DNA from: the human T2T-CHM13v2.0 reference genome, Homo sapiens
Length of the DNA: 64,000 bases
Assembly: GCF_009914755.1 (NCBI RefSeq)
Contig: NC_060929.1
Direction: 5' to 3' (one strand)
Numbering within the stretch: the first letter of the stretch is position 1; each line of letters starts with the position of its first letter. The position numbers and the translations under genes were made by a program. Of this stretch, positions 47,307 to 63,229 are shown in pieces. The notes below the pieces were generated by a model. It was not told the origin of the DNA and made no database searches. It saw only the letters and a list, made by a program, of their open reading frames with translations.

Positions 47307-48838
47307 CAAACATATAGTTTGACATTAAGATCCCCAAAAGTGACTTTCACTGAGTGTAACTCCATTATTCATTGTTTCCTCACCCCATATCATTTCTTCT
47401 AAATAGATAATGAGCACAGGTTTATGCGCTTCCCTATTTTGAAGAAGTGAGAATTTTAACTTAAGACTGGGAAAGAGTGAAGAAGAGCCTTGGAACTATC
47501 TGAAATGGGTAGAGGAAGGACATTAGCAGGGAGAACAGGGGCCATGCTGTTCTCCTGAATTAACCCCAGGATAAGGAGAACTACCTGGGCATTCCTCACT
47601 AAGAATTCATCACTGTCCTGGCTCTTAATCTCTATATTTACCACCTATTTTCTTGAGGTCCTCCCCTGAATTCAGAATTTTTCTCTGATTGACAATGTGA
47701 TTGAACTCTGATTAACCTGTCTTCTGAGCAACCCTCCACTGGTGAATAAAAGCTTCATATCTTCACACATTGATCATAAAACATATAACTCTCTCCTCCC
47801 AGAAATTCTCAGTCAAGCAACTCCCTCTCAGACAACTTGATTTCAGCCAGTCATAATTCCCCCTAAGTGCACATACACCTTATTTTGGGATGATCCCCTT
47901 CATATCTAGCATACACGTTAACTCCTAGGAAAGCTACACTTTATACAGGTTAGCCTAGCTTTTCATGTGTTCCTGGTTGAGACATAACCTAGTACCTAGC
48001 CTCAAAAAATATTTGAGGAAATGACTTAGTGAATGAGCTGTCAAGAAGTCAACTCCCTTAAGTGCTTGCCCCCGAGCATGTGACACAGGATACACAATTG
48101 GATTCTACTCAGAAAGTCCCCTCTTCCTTCAGACACTGTGTCAACTGGAAACAGAGCTATTAAAGTTGAGAAAGTAAAAGAATCTATGCATAGGCTAGAA
48201 ATTTGCTCTTCAATACTAACACATGCCAAAAACTTATGTATCACTAGCCTGGAACGAATGTATCTGCTCTGATCCCTGAGGCTCTGCCTTTTACCTGCAT
48301 CTCTTAACCTCATTACGAAATAGGTACCAACTAAAACATAACCACCAAATCCTATGGTATCCTCTCCATTGTAATTTCCATTTCAGCAACTGTCAGGGAA
48401 CAGCTCTTTCGGCAAAATTAAACCGTGCTTGAGAACAGACCTATTCCCACCTTATGTACCTCTAGTCCCCTAACTTGATCTTTCATTGTACTGAATTTTG
48501 ATGGCACAGAGCCAACCTTACGAATTCCTTGGTGTTCACTTTTTTTAAAACTGTCCACATACAGTTACTGTTTGTTTCATCCAAGTAAACATCATATGTA
48601 ATAAATGTCTTATTAACCAACCAATAGTTTCTTATACCTGGAAGGTGTTCAATAAAAGCTGTGTCCAACCTAAAAATAAAATACTTAGTAACAGCCATAT
48701 TTAAAACCCATATAACTCTCAAACCATGCATTTACAATGTGTTCTTTGATTTTTAAATATCCATAAGTAATATTATTGTCACCAAGGAATAATCAGCAGA
48801 AGCCACAAAGCAAAAAAGCATTTTTTTATAAACCATGC

Positions 48839-49051
48839 ATCTGGAAATTTTAAATAGGAGAAAGATTATTTTGTTTCATTTGAATGTTCTGCCAGCTGCT
48901 TGTATTTCTTTTTTGAATTAAATTAAATTAAACTAATTTCTAGACGTTAATTTATCAATAGTTTCTGAGCAACCATTGTATTTAAGGTTTTAAGCATATG
49001 GCATGGTTAATATGCCATACATTTATTTTTCTTAAAAGTACAATTATAATT
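48839..49051 (+). repeat. Composite dispersed duplication: 48839-48997 matches 51396-51552; 49002-49051 matches 51058-51107
   Basis: By-eye alignment, roughly 85-90% identity, same orientation, segment order swapped. Confidence 0.93.
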
Positions 49052-50177
49052 TAAAATACCCTAATAGAACACAGTCTTTTAAAAACTTTGCATAGAAAAA
49101 TTATTATAAGAACATTCATGTTTTATAATTTTTGGAGTCAAAATGACAAAACCAAATGTCTTAAAGAAAAATCGGAATTTATTGATCATGGTTGTTTTAT
49201 ATATTAATGCTATAAAGCTAAAAGTGAATATGAAATTGACTGGCAGAAGCGAACCTGTCCTACACATAGCGAACTGAAAACAGACACCTGAAAAGATCAG
49301 CCAGTTTTTTATTAGATAAAAATAAGAAGGTACCAAACGCTATTAAAATGGCGTAAAGTTGGTGTTACAATCTCATCGAGCTAAAAATAGGTCACAGTTA
49401 GAATGACCTTAAGGGAAAATAAACAAAACAAAACAAAACAAGGTAAGGCCAATATCACAAAGTGATTAAAGAGATGGAAGATAACTCTCTCCTAAGTCAT
49501 TAAACTCACCGATATCATACTGAACTCCAGAGCACTTAGTATTTTCCTGCGCCATTAGAGAATTTAGTGGGTTCACTGAATTGACTGATTTCTTTGTTAA
49601 TCTATTTACATGGGTTAAGACCCTGACTAACATAAAACACAACCAAAAAATGCCAGACAGAGAGTGTAATGAAAGACTGAGTGATGTATGGTTTGGGGTA
49701 CAGCCTATCCGATAAATGTGCTTGGCCAGCAAAGAACCCATTGGCAAAGATTTATTATCGGAACAAATACATTCTAAAAAGATCTAATACAATAAAACCT
49801 GCAGTATAAACACAAACTACTCTAAAATACAAATCTTTTCCCCGAATAGTTGATCTTTCAATGATATTAAAATTCTCTTCATATGTTTTATTCAAGAATT
49901 TTTTGAACAAGTAAAACCAATGAGCTGTATAAATTGCCAATAATAGTGTAATTCTTTGATTCATTCAAAAAACCCCCAAAGTTTATGTTACTTAGAACTC
50001 TTCAACAATTTTTAAAACATACGAAGAGAAGGAAATATTTCTAGGAAATATATTATCAAGATAAAAATGAACCACCTACTAAAATAAGTTATCATTATGT
50101 TTGAATTACATATAATACATTATTACCAAATTCATAAAAGTTAAGGGCAGACATAGAAATGATTTGAAATGTTATAC

Positions 50178-50237
50178 CTCCAAGTTCTTTTACATTCAAG
50201 ATGGCATTCTGGAATGGCACTGCTTTAATACTAAAAC
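50178..50237 (-). CDS. ARL15: ARL15 internal coding exon (exon 3, 60 nt, phase 1-1): (G)FSIKAVPFQNAILNVKELG(G), switch I/interswitch up to the G3 box
   Basis: Acceptor ttttctaattttAG|GTTTTAGT after a T-rich tract; donor GGAG|GTataa. The peptide resembles the ARF-family GFN/SxK...xWDxGG segment and joins exon 4 in frame. Confidence 0.95.
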
Positions 50238-50438
50238 CTAAAATTAGAAAACAAAAACATAAAAAAAGAATTAGCAACTTTTAAATTAAAACACTTAGGA
50301 TGCTCAAATCGTCTCTTTTTAGGCTGGTTAAGATTTATTTACTTTTTGTAGCTGATATTTATACTAGAAACACATAATTTCCAAGGTAAACTGATAACTG
50401 AATATTATCTTCTGCCATTATCAAAACATAGTTGTTGT

Positions 50439-50809
<371 letters not shown>

Positions 50810-51274
50810 TTAATTTAATATGTAATGTCACTCTGCAACTTTTATCAGATATAAGAAAGACATTTGAAAGTATAGAGAAATTTCAAAGAAAATATTAAAT
50901 CTATGAGGACCTCTGCATCTAACTTTAATTCTTAAAGTTAATGTCTTATAATTCTTTCTCACATATAACTCAGCAACCCTAGAAATTAAGGTACTTAAAT
51001 TATAACCATTTCATATTAGAATTACATAGTATTTATGTTAGTGTCTTCTTTAAAGGACATGGTTAATATGTCATGTATCTATTTTTCTTAAAAGTACAAT
51101 CATAATTATCCACTTATGCATAGGCAATCATTTTATAATACATGTAATACAAGGTTTATATTATAAGAAAATATTCAGAGTATACAGTTCTATGATTAAC
51201 TATATATTTATGACTTAACTATTACCATTCAAGACAATAAATTCAACTGTGACATATGCAAGTGTGTATATACC

Positions 51275-51278
<4 letters not shown>

Positions 51279-51314
<36 letters not shown>

Positions 51315-51320
51315 CACACA
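51279..51320. repeat. (CA)n microsatellite with one interruption
   Basis: Seen directly. Confidence 0.95.
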
Positions 51321-51819
51321 TGCAAATATACACACAGATTCTTTCTGAAAGGATCCACAAGAAACCAGAGCTAATGACTCTCAGGAAAACTGGGAATCTG
51401 GAAATTTTAAATAGGAGGAAGATTCTTTTGTTTCATTTGAATGTTTTGCCATGTACTTATATTTCTTTTTTGAATTAAAAGCCCTATGAATTTCTAGGAG
51501 TTAATGTATCAATAGTTTCTGAGCAACCATTCTACTTAAGGTTTTTAAGCATTATTTAATATGTATAATTTTAAGATTAAAAAAGTTTCTTTTTCAAGAA
51601 TTTATCAACAAAGAAGACAAATTATGAGTCTTTGAGGTAAGTTATGAAAAAATATATAAAGTATTACATGGATAAAAACAATTCTTTCAAATGGGTTTGT
51701 TTTGCTTTATAAAGAAGGAAATCATTACACACCTTCTTAGTCTAGCCTATCTTTTGCACTTCTTTGCTGCATGTTATCCCAGTACTTTAATAAGCTGTAC
51801 ATTACCTTCCACCTAAAGC

Positions 51820-52060
51820 AGTACATAGTATATAATGTTTGAAGAACTGACTTTGGAGTCAGACAGAACTAGGTTGAAATTCTAGCTCTGTCCCTTATTA
51901 GCTCTGTGAATGTGGGCAACCTACTAGCCTTGCTCGACTTTCTCATCTGTAAAACAGGGATGATAATATCTACTTCATAGGGTTGTTATAAGGATAAGAT
52001 AATGTATGTGTTGTGTTTATCACAGTGCCTGGTACACCATAAGCATATAATATACGATTG
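51820..52060 (+). mobile_element. MIR
   Basis: gactttggagtcagacagaactagg...tttctcatctgtaaaacagggatgataatatctacttcatagggttgtt. Confidence 0.8.
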
Positions 52061-53015
52061 CTGGCATTATGTTTCCATTGATGCTTTTTCGTTGATGATT
52101 CAATCATTAGGTATACATATTTTCTGCCTGCCTGAATATAATTACAAACTTGATTCTGGGTGCTCACTTATTAATCTAAGTATGTAGTTGGAGATGTAAA
52201 AGTTACCATTGAATGAAAAGTACTTTTGTTGGAGTGACGAAGATGTCAACAGCTGAAGTCTGCTGCACAGAAAGGATGGAAAATGTTCATTGGGCCCTCT
52301 AACAATCTTCTAAAACATACCCCTTCCTTTGTGGGCTTAATGCAGATTGACACAGTCAGCACAGCATTATGGTTAATGGTGCATGAAGTCACTGAATCCT
52401 AGTAAATGAGCAGGAGGAAAGAGGAGGCAGTCCCATGTGGCTGAAACACTGGCATGTACCTGAGCCTGCAGGAAAGCCTCTCCAGGTGTCTGGCCTCTGG
52501 GAAATTAAGGAAAGTCAGTGCCAATCATAATATTCCTGCTGGCACAGAAATTCACCTGCAGGAGACTTGGATGCCTGAATGTATCTACCTACCTCACACG
52601 GGTGTTATATGGATTAAAAGGCAATGATGGTGAAATCCTGAAAATGAAAAGCTCTCTGCAAATATTAAGCAGTCTATTAGTGGTTATGCTCAGGACAACT
52701 CAAGTGTAGATTTTCTAGAGAAGTAAGACAGGCACAGGCCTCAACTTTGAAAAGGAAATGGTTATGGAGCACATCACCAATGTTTAATCTGCTTTGATTC
52801 TTAAAAGCTGACAATACGCAGGCTCTCAAAGGGAAGTAATATCCTTCCAGAAATTGCTGCACCTATGTGCAAAATACAACTTTTGAAATTTATTAACCCA
52901 ACAGGCAGATTATGTCACTGTTATTGTCTTTAAATTCTTGCAAAGTCTTCATAAGTTGACTATTAAAACGTCTTCAAAAGTTCACACTAAGCAAAGTATC
53001 CTAGCAATGTTATTT

Positions 53016-53314
53016 TATTATTTTATTTTTTTTGAGATGGAGTCTCGCTCTGTCACCCAGGCTGGGGTACAGTGGCGTGGTCTCGGCTCACTGCAACCTC
53101 CATCTCCCGGGTTCACGCCATTCTCCTGCCTCAGCCTCCTGAGTAGCCAGGACTACAGGCGCCCACCACCACGCCCAGCTAATGTTTTGTATTTTTAGTA
53201 GAGATGGGGTTTCACCATGTTAGCCAGCATGGTCTCGATCTCCTGACCTCGTGATCTACCCGCCTCGGCCTCCCAAAGTGCTGGGATTACAGGCACGAGC
53301 CTCCGCACCCAGCC
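53016..53314 (-). mobile_element. AluY/AluSc8-like
   Basis: gggttcacgccattctcc and gttagccagcatggtctcgatctcc; TSD cctagcaatgttattt / cctaacaatattattt. Confidence 0.93.
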
Positions 53315-54196
53315 CCCTAACAATATTATTTATAGGCATATAAATGTCCCGACAAAATAGTCGTAAATGTTTTCTCCAAATAGAACTTGTGTGGTTAGAT
53401 TTATACTGCAAAGGTATACACAGTCATCCATGTTGCTGTCTCCATATTATTTTTACGGTTTAGCTTCAGTAATTAATGTTCAAAAGACAAAGTCTAGATA
53501 GACTGATTAGTCCAGAAAATAAGAAAATGTACTATTTACAGAAGAGAAACAATGTTTTTTCTATTTTAGTCATTCTAAACATTTGAAAGGATTAAATGGA
53601 ACTAAAAATCTAAAGTCATACTTTCAGTTCACCAGAAGGACAACCAAGAAGGGAAATTATTAGACTTTTTTTTCCCTTTACATCAGGTTGGATGAGGCCA
53701 AGGGGGAGAATTAATATAATATTTAGGAGGGATACCAAAGGTCAAACCATCAAAATACCTTTCTCAAAGGGTTGCTTTGAGGAATAAAAGCTACCAGACA
53801 GCATTTGCTCTAGAGAAAGAAAGTCTAGGTTCAAACTCTTCCTATTCCATTTATTAACTGTTTGACTTTGAGCAAGCTAACTTTGTTAGGGAAGCATTCT
53901 CTGGTGTCCTCGAACTAGACTGATTTTTCTGAGTCCATGTTTTTCCAGTATTCAGTACCCCTCCTAGGTGATTTTCACAATTGTAACTACATATCGGTTG
54001 ATTTGTTTTATATTTGTTCTCTGGCTAGACTGCAAGGATCCATAATGAAGAAACAAGCTACACTGTATTCTGTAGGTCAGTGCTTGGCATACAATAGGAT
54101 CTCAATATGCTAAGTATTAATATCTATTTCCTAATTTAGCTGCTATAACAATCCTAAAGTTGGTATCAGTACTACTGTCCCAAGAAGAAAGTGAAG

Positions 54197-54493
<297 letters not shown>

Positions 54494-54647
54494 CTATATT
54501 CGAAACTTAAAACCAGGTCTCATCACCAGAGCCCTACACTACACTGTAGTGTCTCCTCCATATACCAACAAACTGAGGGATTCACAGCATTTTGTCCAAT
54601 TTTGAGCCTAAATACTGGTAAAGTCAACTGACCAAAATACACACGTG

Positions 54648-54748
54648 CCTAATAAATGCACTAATTTACTGTCCTCCCTGTTTATAAATAACCCAACACC
54701 TAATAAACCCACTAATTCATTGTCCTCCTGTTTATAAATAACCCAACA
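54648..54748. repeat. Diverged 2 x ~50-bp tandem duplication
   Basis: cctaataaatgcactaatttactgtcctccctgtttataaataacccaaca versus cctaataaacccactaattcattgtcctcctgtttataaataacccaaca (4 substitutions, 1 indel). Confidence 0.95.
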
Positions 54749-57700
54749 CAAGAAACCCAAATAAGGGTTTTCAGGTCTATATGCCATTGCTTTCTTATTA
54801 ATGAAATAAAAATAATAGCATGAGTTTAGAAGGTACATTTTGTAGAAATAATTAATAAAATCAGGAACTTAGGAGGGGAGGGAAAAAGTGTTCAACTGAC
54901 TCATCCATGACAGTGTAACTACTCTCTTGCTTCTTCAAACAGGAAGTGTCCTCTGATGCCATCTTCAGGGTGTCAGTGTGCTAACGTGACAAGGGACTAT
55001 CCTAGGAGTCCGAAGCACAGCTCTTAGACTCACCAGCCACATTTTTGTCTTGCCTTGGCCTTGAATTCCTCATGTGCAAAATGAGGACTAAATTAGCTCT
55101 TTGAGATGTCCTCTAAAATTAGCATTCCATTATTTATATTAAACAAGGAGAAGGAAATAAAAGTAACCACTGAGTCAATCATCAATGGCCTGTAGTATTT
55201 GGCTGAAGGCTTCACGGGTAAGTCTCCCCAGGCTCCATTCAAACAATTTGATGGCTGAAGCCTAAGTTACGCAGTCATTTTTTCCTGGCCTATCTAAGCT
55301 ACATTAGTAAGACTGAAACCTCCCCTAAGATTTAACCCCACAAATTTTTAATAAATATATGACTTAGTAACTCTTTGGGGAAATAATTGTTTGCATAGCC
55401 TTTCAGTCTTTGTTTTGCAGTCCTTAAATCCAACAAAACCTGTGAGACAAGAAAGATGAATTTGAAGTTTTTCATGCACTGAAAGCATTCCTGGAATTGT
55501 AACAAAATTAGTTTTGGGAGGAAGGTTAGTCTATTTTTATTCATTGTGTGGAACACACAAGTATTTCACTTGGACCTACAGACTAAACCCTCCTCCCCTT
55601 CCCTCAAGTCTGAGTGCACGCACACAGATACTTGTGTGCTTCTGAAATTCCTGGGTCACTCTAAGAATTGCTGAAGGGAAAGACATTCTACAGATCTGGT
55701 GGCTTTGACCTGCACCAAGGGCATGATTTATGCCACAGCAGTTTTGTGATGTTTGGACAACAGACTAACGAAATTCTTCTAACTATGATTTCAACATCAT
55801 AAAAGGAAATTTAATGTACTGGCATTTATAAAACACAATCCTTTAAAAGATATCAAAATCTGACTTTCTAACTTGTTTCTCTTGTTGGCTTAACACATTT
55901 GAAGCTAATACTGAAGTTATTTAAATGTCTTCTTCAAATTTTCATGAACATTTTCAATCTTTTTCAAATATGGTATATATCCCTAGAAGATGTTTTCAAC
56001 CTTTTTCAATTCAAAGTGTTCAGTTTTCTCTAGGTTATTCTCCATGTACCATCAATATATTCTCCTAAGCCTTTAGATTCCATTCCTCTGCTTCAAAAAA
56101 AAAAGTGAACATTTATGTAATCTACAGTTTAACAACCCCTCTTATCAACAAATTCCTCATACATATACAGTAAAGGAATTCAGTCTGGATAGAGTTCACT
56201 TTTATTTCTAGACTAAGGTGCAAATTACTCAAATTTTCTCTCCTCACCAACAGGTCCTGCTCTCTGGAGGATTTCTTGGCTCTTTGAGTTTTGACAATTT
56301 AAGTATCTTTTAAAAATTATGTCAGAGGTGAAAAATTGCTGAAGTTAATAAACCAATAAAGTTTGAATTCTCTTTCTGAAGAAAAGGCAGACATTCTCGC
56401 CTTGCTGAAATTAAACGAACACATCCTTCTCATATGTTTTCATTTTAAGAAACCAACTCTGAAGGTAGATTCTCTTTTCGAATGTTCAAAACTCTTCAAT
56501 AAATATTGCATTTTTAATTGGCTTTATATTTTCAAGACATTATAGAGAAATAATTTAAAAGAATAAAGGTTTTACCCATAATTCAATCACATCAATAAAG
56601 TACACTGTTATTCTTATAGTTTTTCTCTAGTTTTTTAATTCAAATGCATAGTTTTCCATGGTTTAAATTCAAAAAATAAATGTAAATCTAATTTTTAATT
56701 TTTAAATAGAAGACTGTATATATTCTTCTAATCTATAATCATTTTGATCAAGTTACCATAATGTAATTAACAAACTCCCTTGTTGTATGGCATTTAAACT
56801 ACCTTAAAGTTTTAGTTGCAATACAAAATGTTGCAAGAAATTGCTTTATGCATATAGTTTCCCTTAAGTTACTTACTTAAAATAAATTGCCAGTGGCATA
56901 ATTACTAGGTCTGTGAACATTTTCATAACTTTTGATTTATATGAACAACTGCTTTCTAAGAAAAATGCTTTCCAAAAAAAAGGGATATCATAACAGTCAT
57001 AATGTAACAATCATAATGTCACCTGTAATACATGTGCATACCAATGCCACTACAATCTTACCAGCACTGACTCGTCTCATAAAGAAACAGATTTTGGTAA
57101 ATTTAAGTATAAAACTAACGTTTACTTATCTATTCTCTAGTAAAGTTAAACTTCTGGTAAAGTTGAAACTTTTCCATTAATTTGTTTGCCATTTATTCTT
57201 TTTATGAATTATCTCTTTATAGACTTGGCACAGTTTATCTGTTAGATTCTAGATGTTATTTGTAAGTGTGGTTGAATTCTCTAAGAGGGACAGCCATATG
57301 CTTATCTGTAATATCTGATGCAAATACTTCCAACAGTATTTTTTTATATTTATCTTAATTTTAGATTTCCAATGGTTTTAAATTTTTATATAGTTAAGTT
57401 CCTTGATCCTTCCCTTGTGAATGATTCACTGGAGGCCTAGTCCAGCTATTCTGCCATCTTCCACACTGAAGTCTACATACACATGTGGATTTCTGACTTC
57501 CTCAATTCTTTTCCAAGTTACCTTTATTACTATTGGAGTTTGCTGTTTATTTCAGTACCCTCCTTCCACCCCCTTTGTTCTTCTTTACTTACACACACAC
57601 ATACACACACACACACACACACAGAGAGAGATACACACCTGCTATGAACAACCAAAAGAATTCTGGACCTGGGCAGTAAGTTTGAAGATGTCAGCAATGC

Positions 57701-58951
57701 CTACCTCAAACTCCAGCACTGAACAGTTGTGGATCCCCGATAACTAAAGTCAGCCTGTGGGACCTCCTCTGCTGCCTATTCGCCAACCCTTCTCTACCAT
57801 CAGTAACTTGTTTCTACAACATCTTGCCCTCCTTTCACTATAATGAACACACAGGTCCAAACACCAAGCATCTACCCCTTTTCTCCTACATCATTACTTC
57901 CTGCCTCCCATGGCCAACTCAGCCTCACCTTTATCATTACAGAGCCTTCTCAGTGAATCATATTGAACCTTATCTTTCTTAAGAAGTCTTCTCCATGCTC
58001 CAGCATTTCCCTGCACATTTTTTCTTCCTCCATACACTAGCAAACAGAGCTTTTCCTTCTCTTATCAGCGCCTCTCAGCACAAACTTTGCTTCCTTCTAC
58101 GCTTTTAGAACACTTCATCATAGCCACTTGTTAATAACATCCTACCTGAGTTATGACGTTTACTTATATATGGACCTCTGCATTCCCACCTACCAATTTT
58201 CAGGGATTTTGTTCATCTATCTGAATGAACTCAATATTTGGCTAACAGTTGTCCACCACACCCTATCTGCTTCTATTCTTATGGGCAACATTCTTAAAAC
58301 TAATAGCCAGAGCTATCCTCTAAGTTTCTGATAGTTTTTCAGATCTCTAAAACTATCAGCTCTAATTCATATCAACCATCTCCAGTTTATAGCAAAGAGT
58401 TGTCGATTCAATTAAATTTTCTACTTTAACAATCATGCCATCAGCAAGTACGTTTTTATTTATTCTTTCACAAAATGAAAGCATTTTATTTATTTTTCTT
58501 GCCTGATTTACTGGCTAGAATCTCTACCACAATGTTGAATAGATGTGGTGAGAACAGACATCCATGTCTTATTCCTGATCTGATCAGGAAACAATTCAGT
58601 CTTTCTCCATTAACTCTGACAACAGCTGTAGGGTTTTCACAGATGCCCTTTAACAGTTGAGGTAATTCCTTTCTAGTCCTACTTTGTTAATAGCTTTTGT
58701 CAAAAATTGATGCTGAGTTTTTTTTGTTTTTGTTTTTTGCATATCTTCACAGGATCATAGTTTCATCTTTTGGTTTATTGATATTGTGAATAAACTGATT
58801 GATTTTTGAATGTGCAACCAACTCTGCATTCCTAGAATAAATGTCACATGTTCATGACATATTATCCTATTAAAATATTATTGTTGAATTTAATTTGGTA
58901 TATTTTTGCTTATAATTTTTGTATCTGTGTCCATGAGGGCTATTGGTATGA

Positions 58952-58990
<39 letters not shown>

Positions 58991-61224
58991 TAATGTCTCT
59001 GTGTGGTTTTGGTATCAGCTTCATGCTGGTCTTAGGAGTTGGGGCATTTTTCCCTCCTCTTCAATTTTCTGGAAGAGACTAAAGAATTGGCAGTATTTCT
59101 TCCTTAAAATGTTTGGTAGGATTCACTAGTGAAACCAACTAGACTTAAAAAAAGAAAGAAAAGGTATCAATTTCTTAAACAGATATAGGTCTATCCAGGT
59201 TTTCTATTTCTTCTTGAGTGAGATTTGATGGTTTGTCCTTCAAGGAAATTGTCCATTTTCTCTAAGTTGTCAGATTTACTGGCATAAGGTTGTTCATGAT
59301 ATTCCCTTATTAACCTCTTACTATTTATAGAATCTATATTGATGTCACCTTTCTTATTCCTGATATTGGTTATTTGTGTCTTTTTTATTTTTTCTGATCA
59401 GTTTGGCTAGAGTTTTATCAGTTTTACTGACTTTCTCAAAGAACTAGCTTTTGGTTTTACTAATTTTCTCTATGGCTCTTCTATTTCATTGATTTCTACT
59501 TTGATCTTTATTTTCTTCTGCTTATTTGGGTTTAATCCATTTTTCTTCCAGTTCCCTAAGGTGGAAGCTGAGGTCATTGATTTGAGGCCCTTCTTTTCTG
59601 AATAGACATTTAGTGGTATAAACTTTTCTTAAAGTCCCGTTTTATAGGCACCACAAATTCTAATATGTTGCATTGTCATTCAGTGCAAAATCCTTTATAA
59701 TTTCTCTTTTGCTACCTTCTTTGATTCGTGGGTCATTTAGAAGTAAGTGAGTTTGTAAATACTTGAGATTTTTTTTTTCTTCTTGTTATTGATTTTTAAT
59801 GCAATTCTATCACGGTCTAAGAACATATTGGATATAACTTGAAGCCACTTAAACTTATTTAGATTTGCTTTCATAAACCAGGTTATGGCCTAATTTGGCA
59901 AATATTCTATGTGTACTTGAAAAGAATGTCTTCTGTTGTTGGGTGGAGTATTTTATAAAATGTTAATCAGGTCAAGTTAGCTGTTAGTGTTGTTGAAGTC
60001 TGCTACGTACTGGCTGATTTTCTTCCCACATGATCTATAAAGTATTGAGAGAAACTGACGTCGCTGATTGTAATTGTGGGTTTGTACATTTCTTTTTGCA
60101 GTTCTGTCATTTTTTTGTTTCATATATTTTTAAGTTCTGTTAGGTACATAAATGTGTAGAATTATTACAGTCTCCTGAATAAATGATCCCTTCATCATTA
60201 TGAACTTCTTTATCCCCAGCCTTATTCATTGCTCTGAAATCTACATTGTCTAATATTAACATAGCTACCCCAACTTTCTTTTGACTAGTGTTAGCATGAT
60301 GTATCTTTTTCCACCTTTGTATATTTAATCTATTTGTGTCTTTATACTTAAAGTTTGATTCTTAAAGTCAGTATTTGGTTGGGTCTTGGTTTTTAAAAAA
60401 ATCTATTATATCAACCTCTGTCTCTTAATTAAGGAGTCTAGATCATTTATATTTAATATTATTATTGATGTTTAGGTTTGACTGTATCACCTTTCTACTT
60501 GTTTCCTATTTGTTTCATCTATTCTTGTTCCCCTTTTCTTCTTTTTCTGCCTTCTTTTGGATTATTTTTGATAATTCTATTTTCATCTCATTTGTTGCTT
60601 TATGGGCTCTCATCCTTTGTTTTGTTATTTTATTGGTTACTTTAGGGTTTACAGTAAATCTTTAATCAGTCTACCTTCAAGTGTTATTATACGACTTCAC
60701 ATATAGTACAAGAATCTTCCAATAGTGTACTTCCCTTTTTCCCCATGACCTTTGTGCTATTGTTCTCAGGCATTTTACTTTTACATATGTTGTTAACCCC
60801 ATAATATGTGCTTATTATTGTTGTTTAAAGACATACCTCTTAAAGATATTTAAATAATAAGAAGTAAATATTATATAATTATCCACATAATTTGCATTTC
60901 TGGCAGTCTCCATTTTATATAGATCCAGATTTCCATCTGGTATCATTTTTTTTCTGACTCAAGGACTTCTTTTAACATTTCTTATAATGCTTATCTGCTA
61001 GCAATAAATTCCTTCAGATTTTGTATGTCTGAAAAAGTCTAGTCTTTATTTTTACTTTCTTTTTAAAAGAGACTTTTGCTGGATATTAGTTGACAGTTTT
61101 TTCCCTTTCAGATGCTGCTCCAATGTCTTCTTACTTGCATTTTTCCAGTGAAAAAATGTGATGCCATCCTTATTTTTATTCTTACTCATGTAACATCTTT
61201 TATCTGCTTTTAAGGTATTTTCTT

Positions 61225-62095
<871 letters not shown>

Positions 62096-63229
62096 TTGCT
62101 CATGTTCCTTTTGTTTGGGGTTCAGTGAGCTTCTTGGATCTGTAGGTGTAGAGTTTTCTTCATGTTCAACAATGTTTCAGCCATTATTTCTTCAAATATT
62201 TTTCTGTCCCTTTCCACTCACCTTCATGGACTCAAATTACCCTAGCTTAGGTTTAAAGTTGTCCCATAGCTCGCTGGATGCTCTTTGCATTTTTTTCTCT
62301 CTCAGATTGTCTCTATGAACAGATACAATACAGTGATAATAACAGTTTTAATGTCCCCCTTTGCTACTTCTAATATTTACATCAGTTCTGGGTCAGTTCC
62401 AATTCGATGATTATTCTCATTATGAATCATGATTTCTGGCCTCTTCCCATCCCTGATAATCTTTGACTGACTGGCAGACATTGTGAATTTTACCTTGTTG
62501 AGTGATGAATATTTTTTCTTTAAATCCTATACAGCTTTGTGCTGAGATGCATTACATTACCAGACAACCATCTGAGGTTTTGGGACTTGCTAATATTATC
62601 TGTCATGTGAGTCCAGAGTGGTACTCCACTTACGGCTGACCTTGCCAAGTACTCTACCCAGTTCCTTGTGAGTTATAAGTTTTTCAGTCCATCTGGTGAT
62701 TACAGGCATAGTTTTCAACCCTGTATGAACACCAACCACTGTTCCCTCTAGTCCTTTAAGATGGTTCTTGCCCTGGCCTTGGGAAGTTTCCTCACATGCA
62801 TGCATTGAATATTTTGCTGGATACTCAAGGGAGACTCTGAAAATCTTTAGTGTTCTCTCTCTGTACAACTCTTTTCTCTGGTATTCTATTCTATGAACAT
62901 TAGCCATCTTGGTCTCCCCTTGCTCTCGGCTTCATCTCCTCAATGCAGGGAGTTCACTGAGCTCCACCTCAGCTCCCTCTGGAACTGTGCCACAGCCTGG
63001 AAACTCTCAAGGCATTAAGCTGGGACAATCACAGAGCACATCTCATTTGTTTCTCATTTCTCAGGGATAACTGCGTTTCCTGGCTTGAAAATTGTTGCTT
63101 TGTATATTTCATGAGCTGGTTGCTGTTGTTGTTCTTCTTCTTTTAGATGGGAGAGTAAACTAGTTCCAGTTATTCCATCTTACCAGAACAAGAAGTCCTC
63201 ACTCATCCTTGTGCTCACTGCCCTCTCTT

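Noticed and set aside
50095-50277. 60-aa ORF with hydrophobic N-terminus
   Set aside because: It is exon 3 plus its translated polypyrimidine tract and intron.
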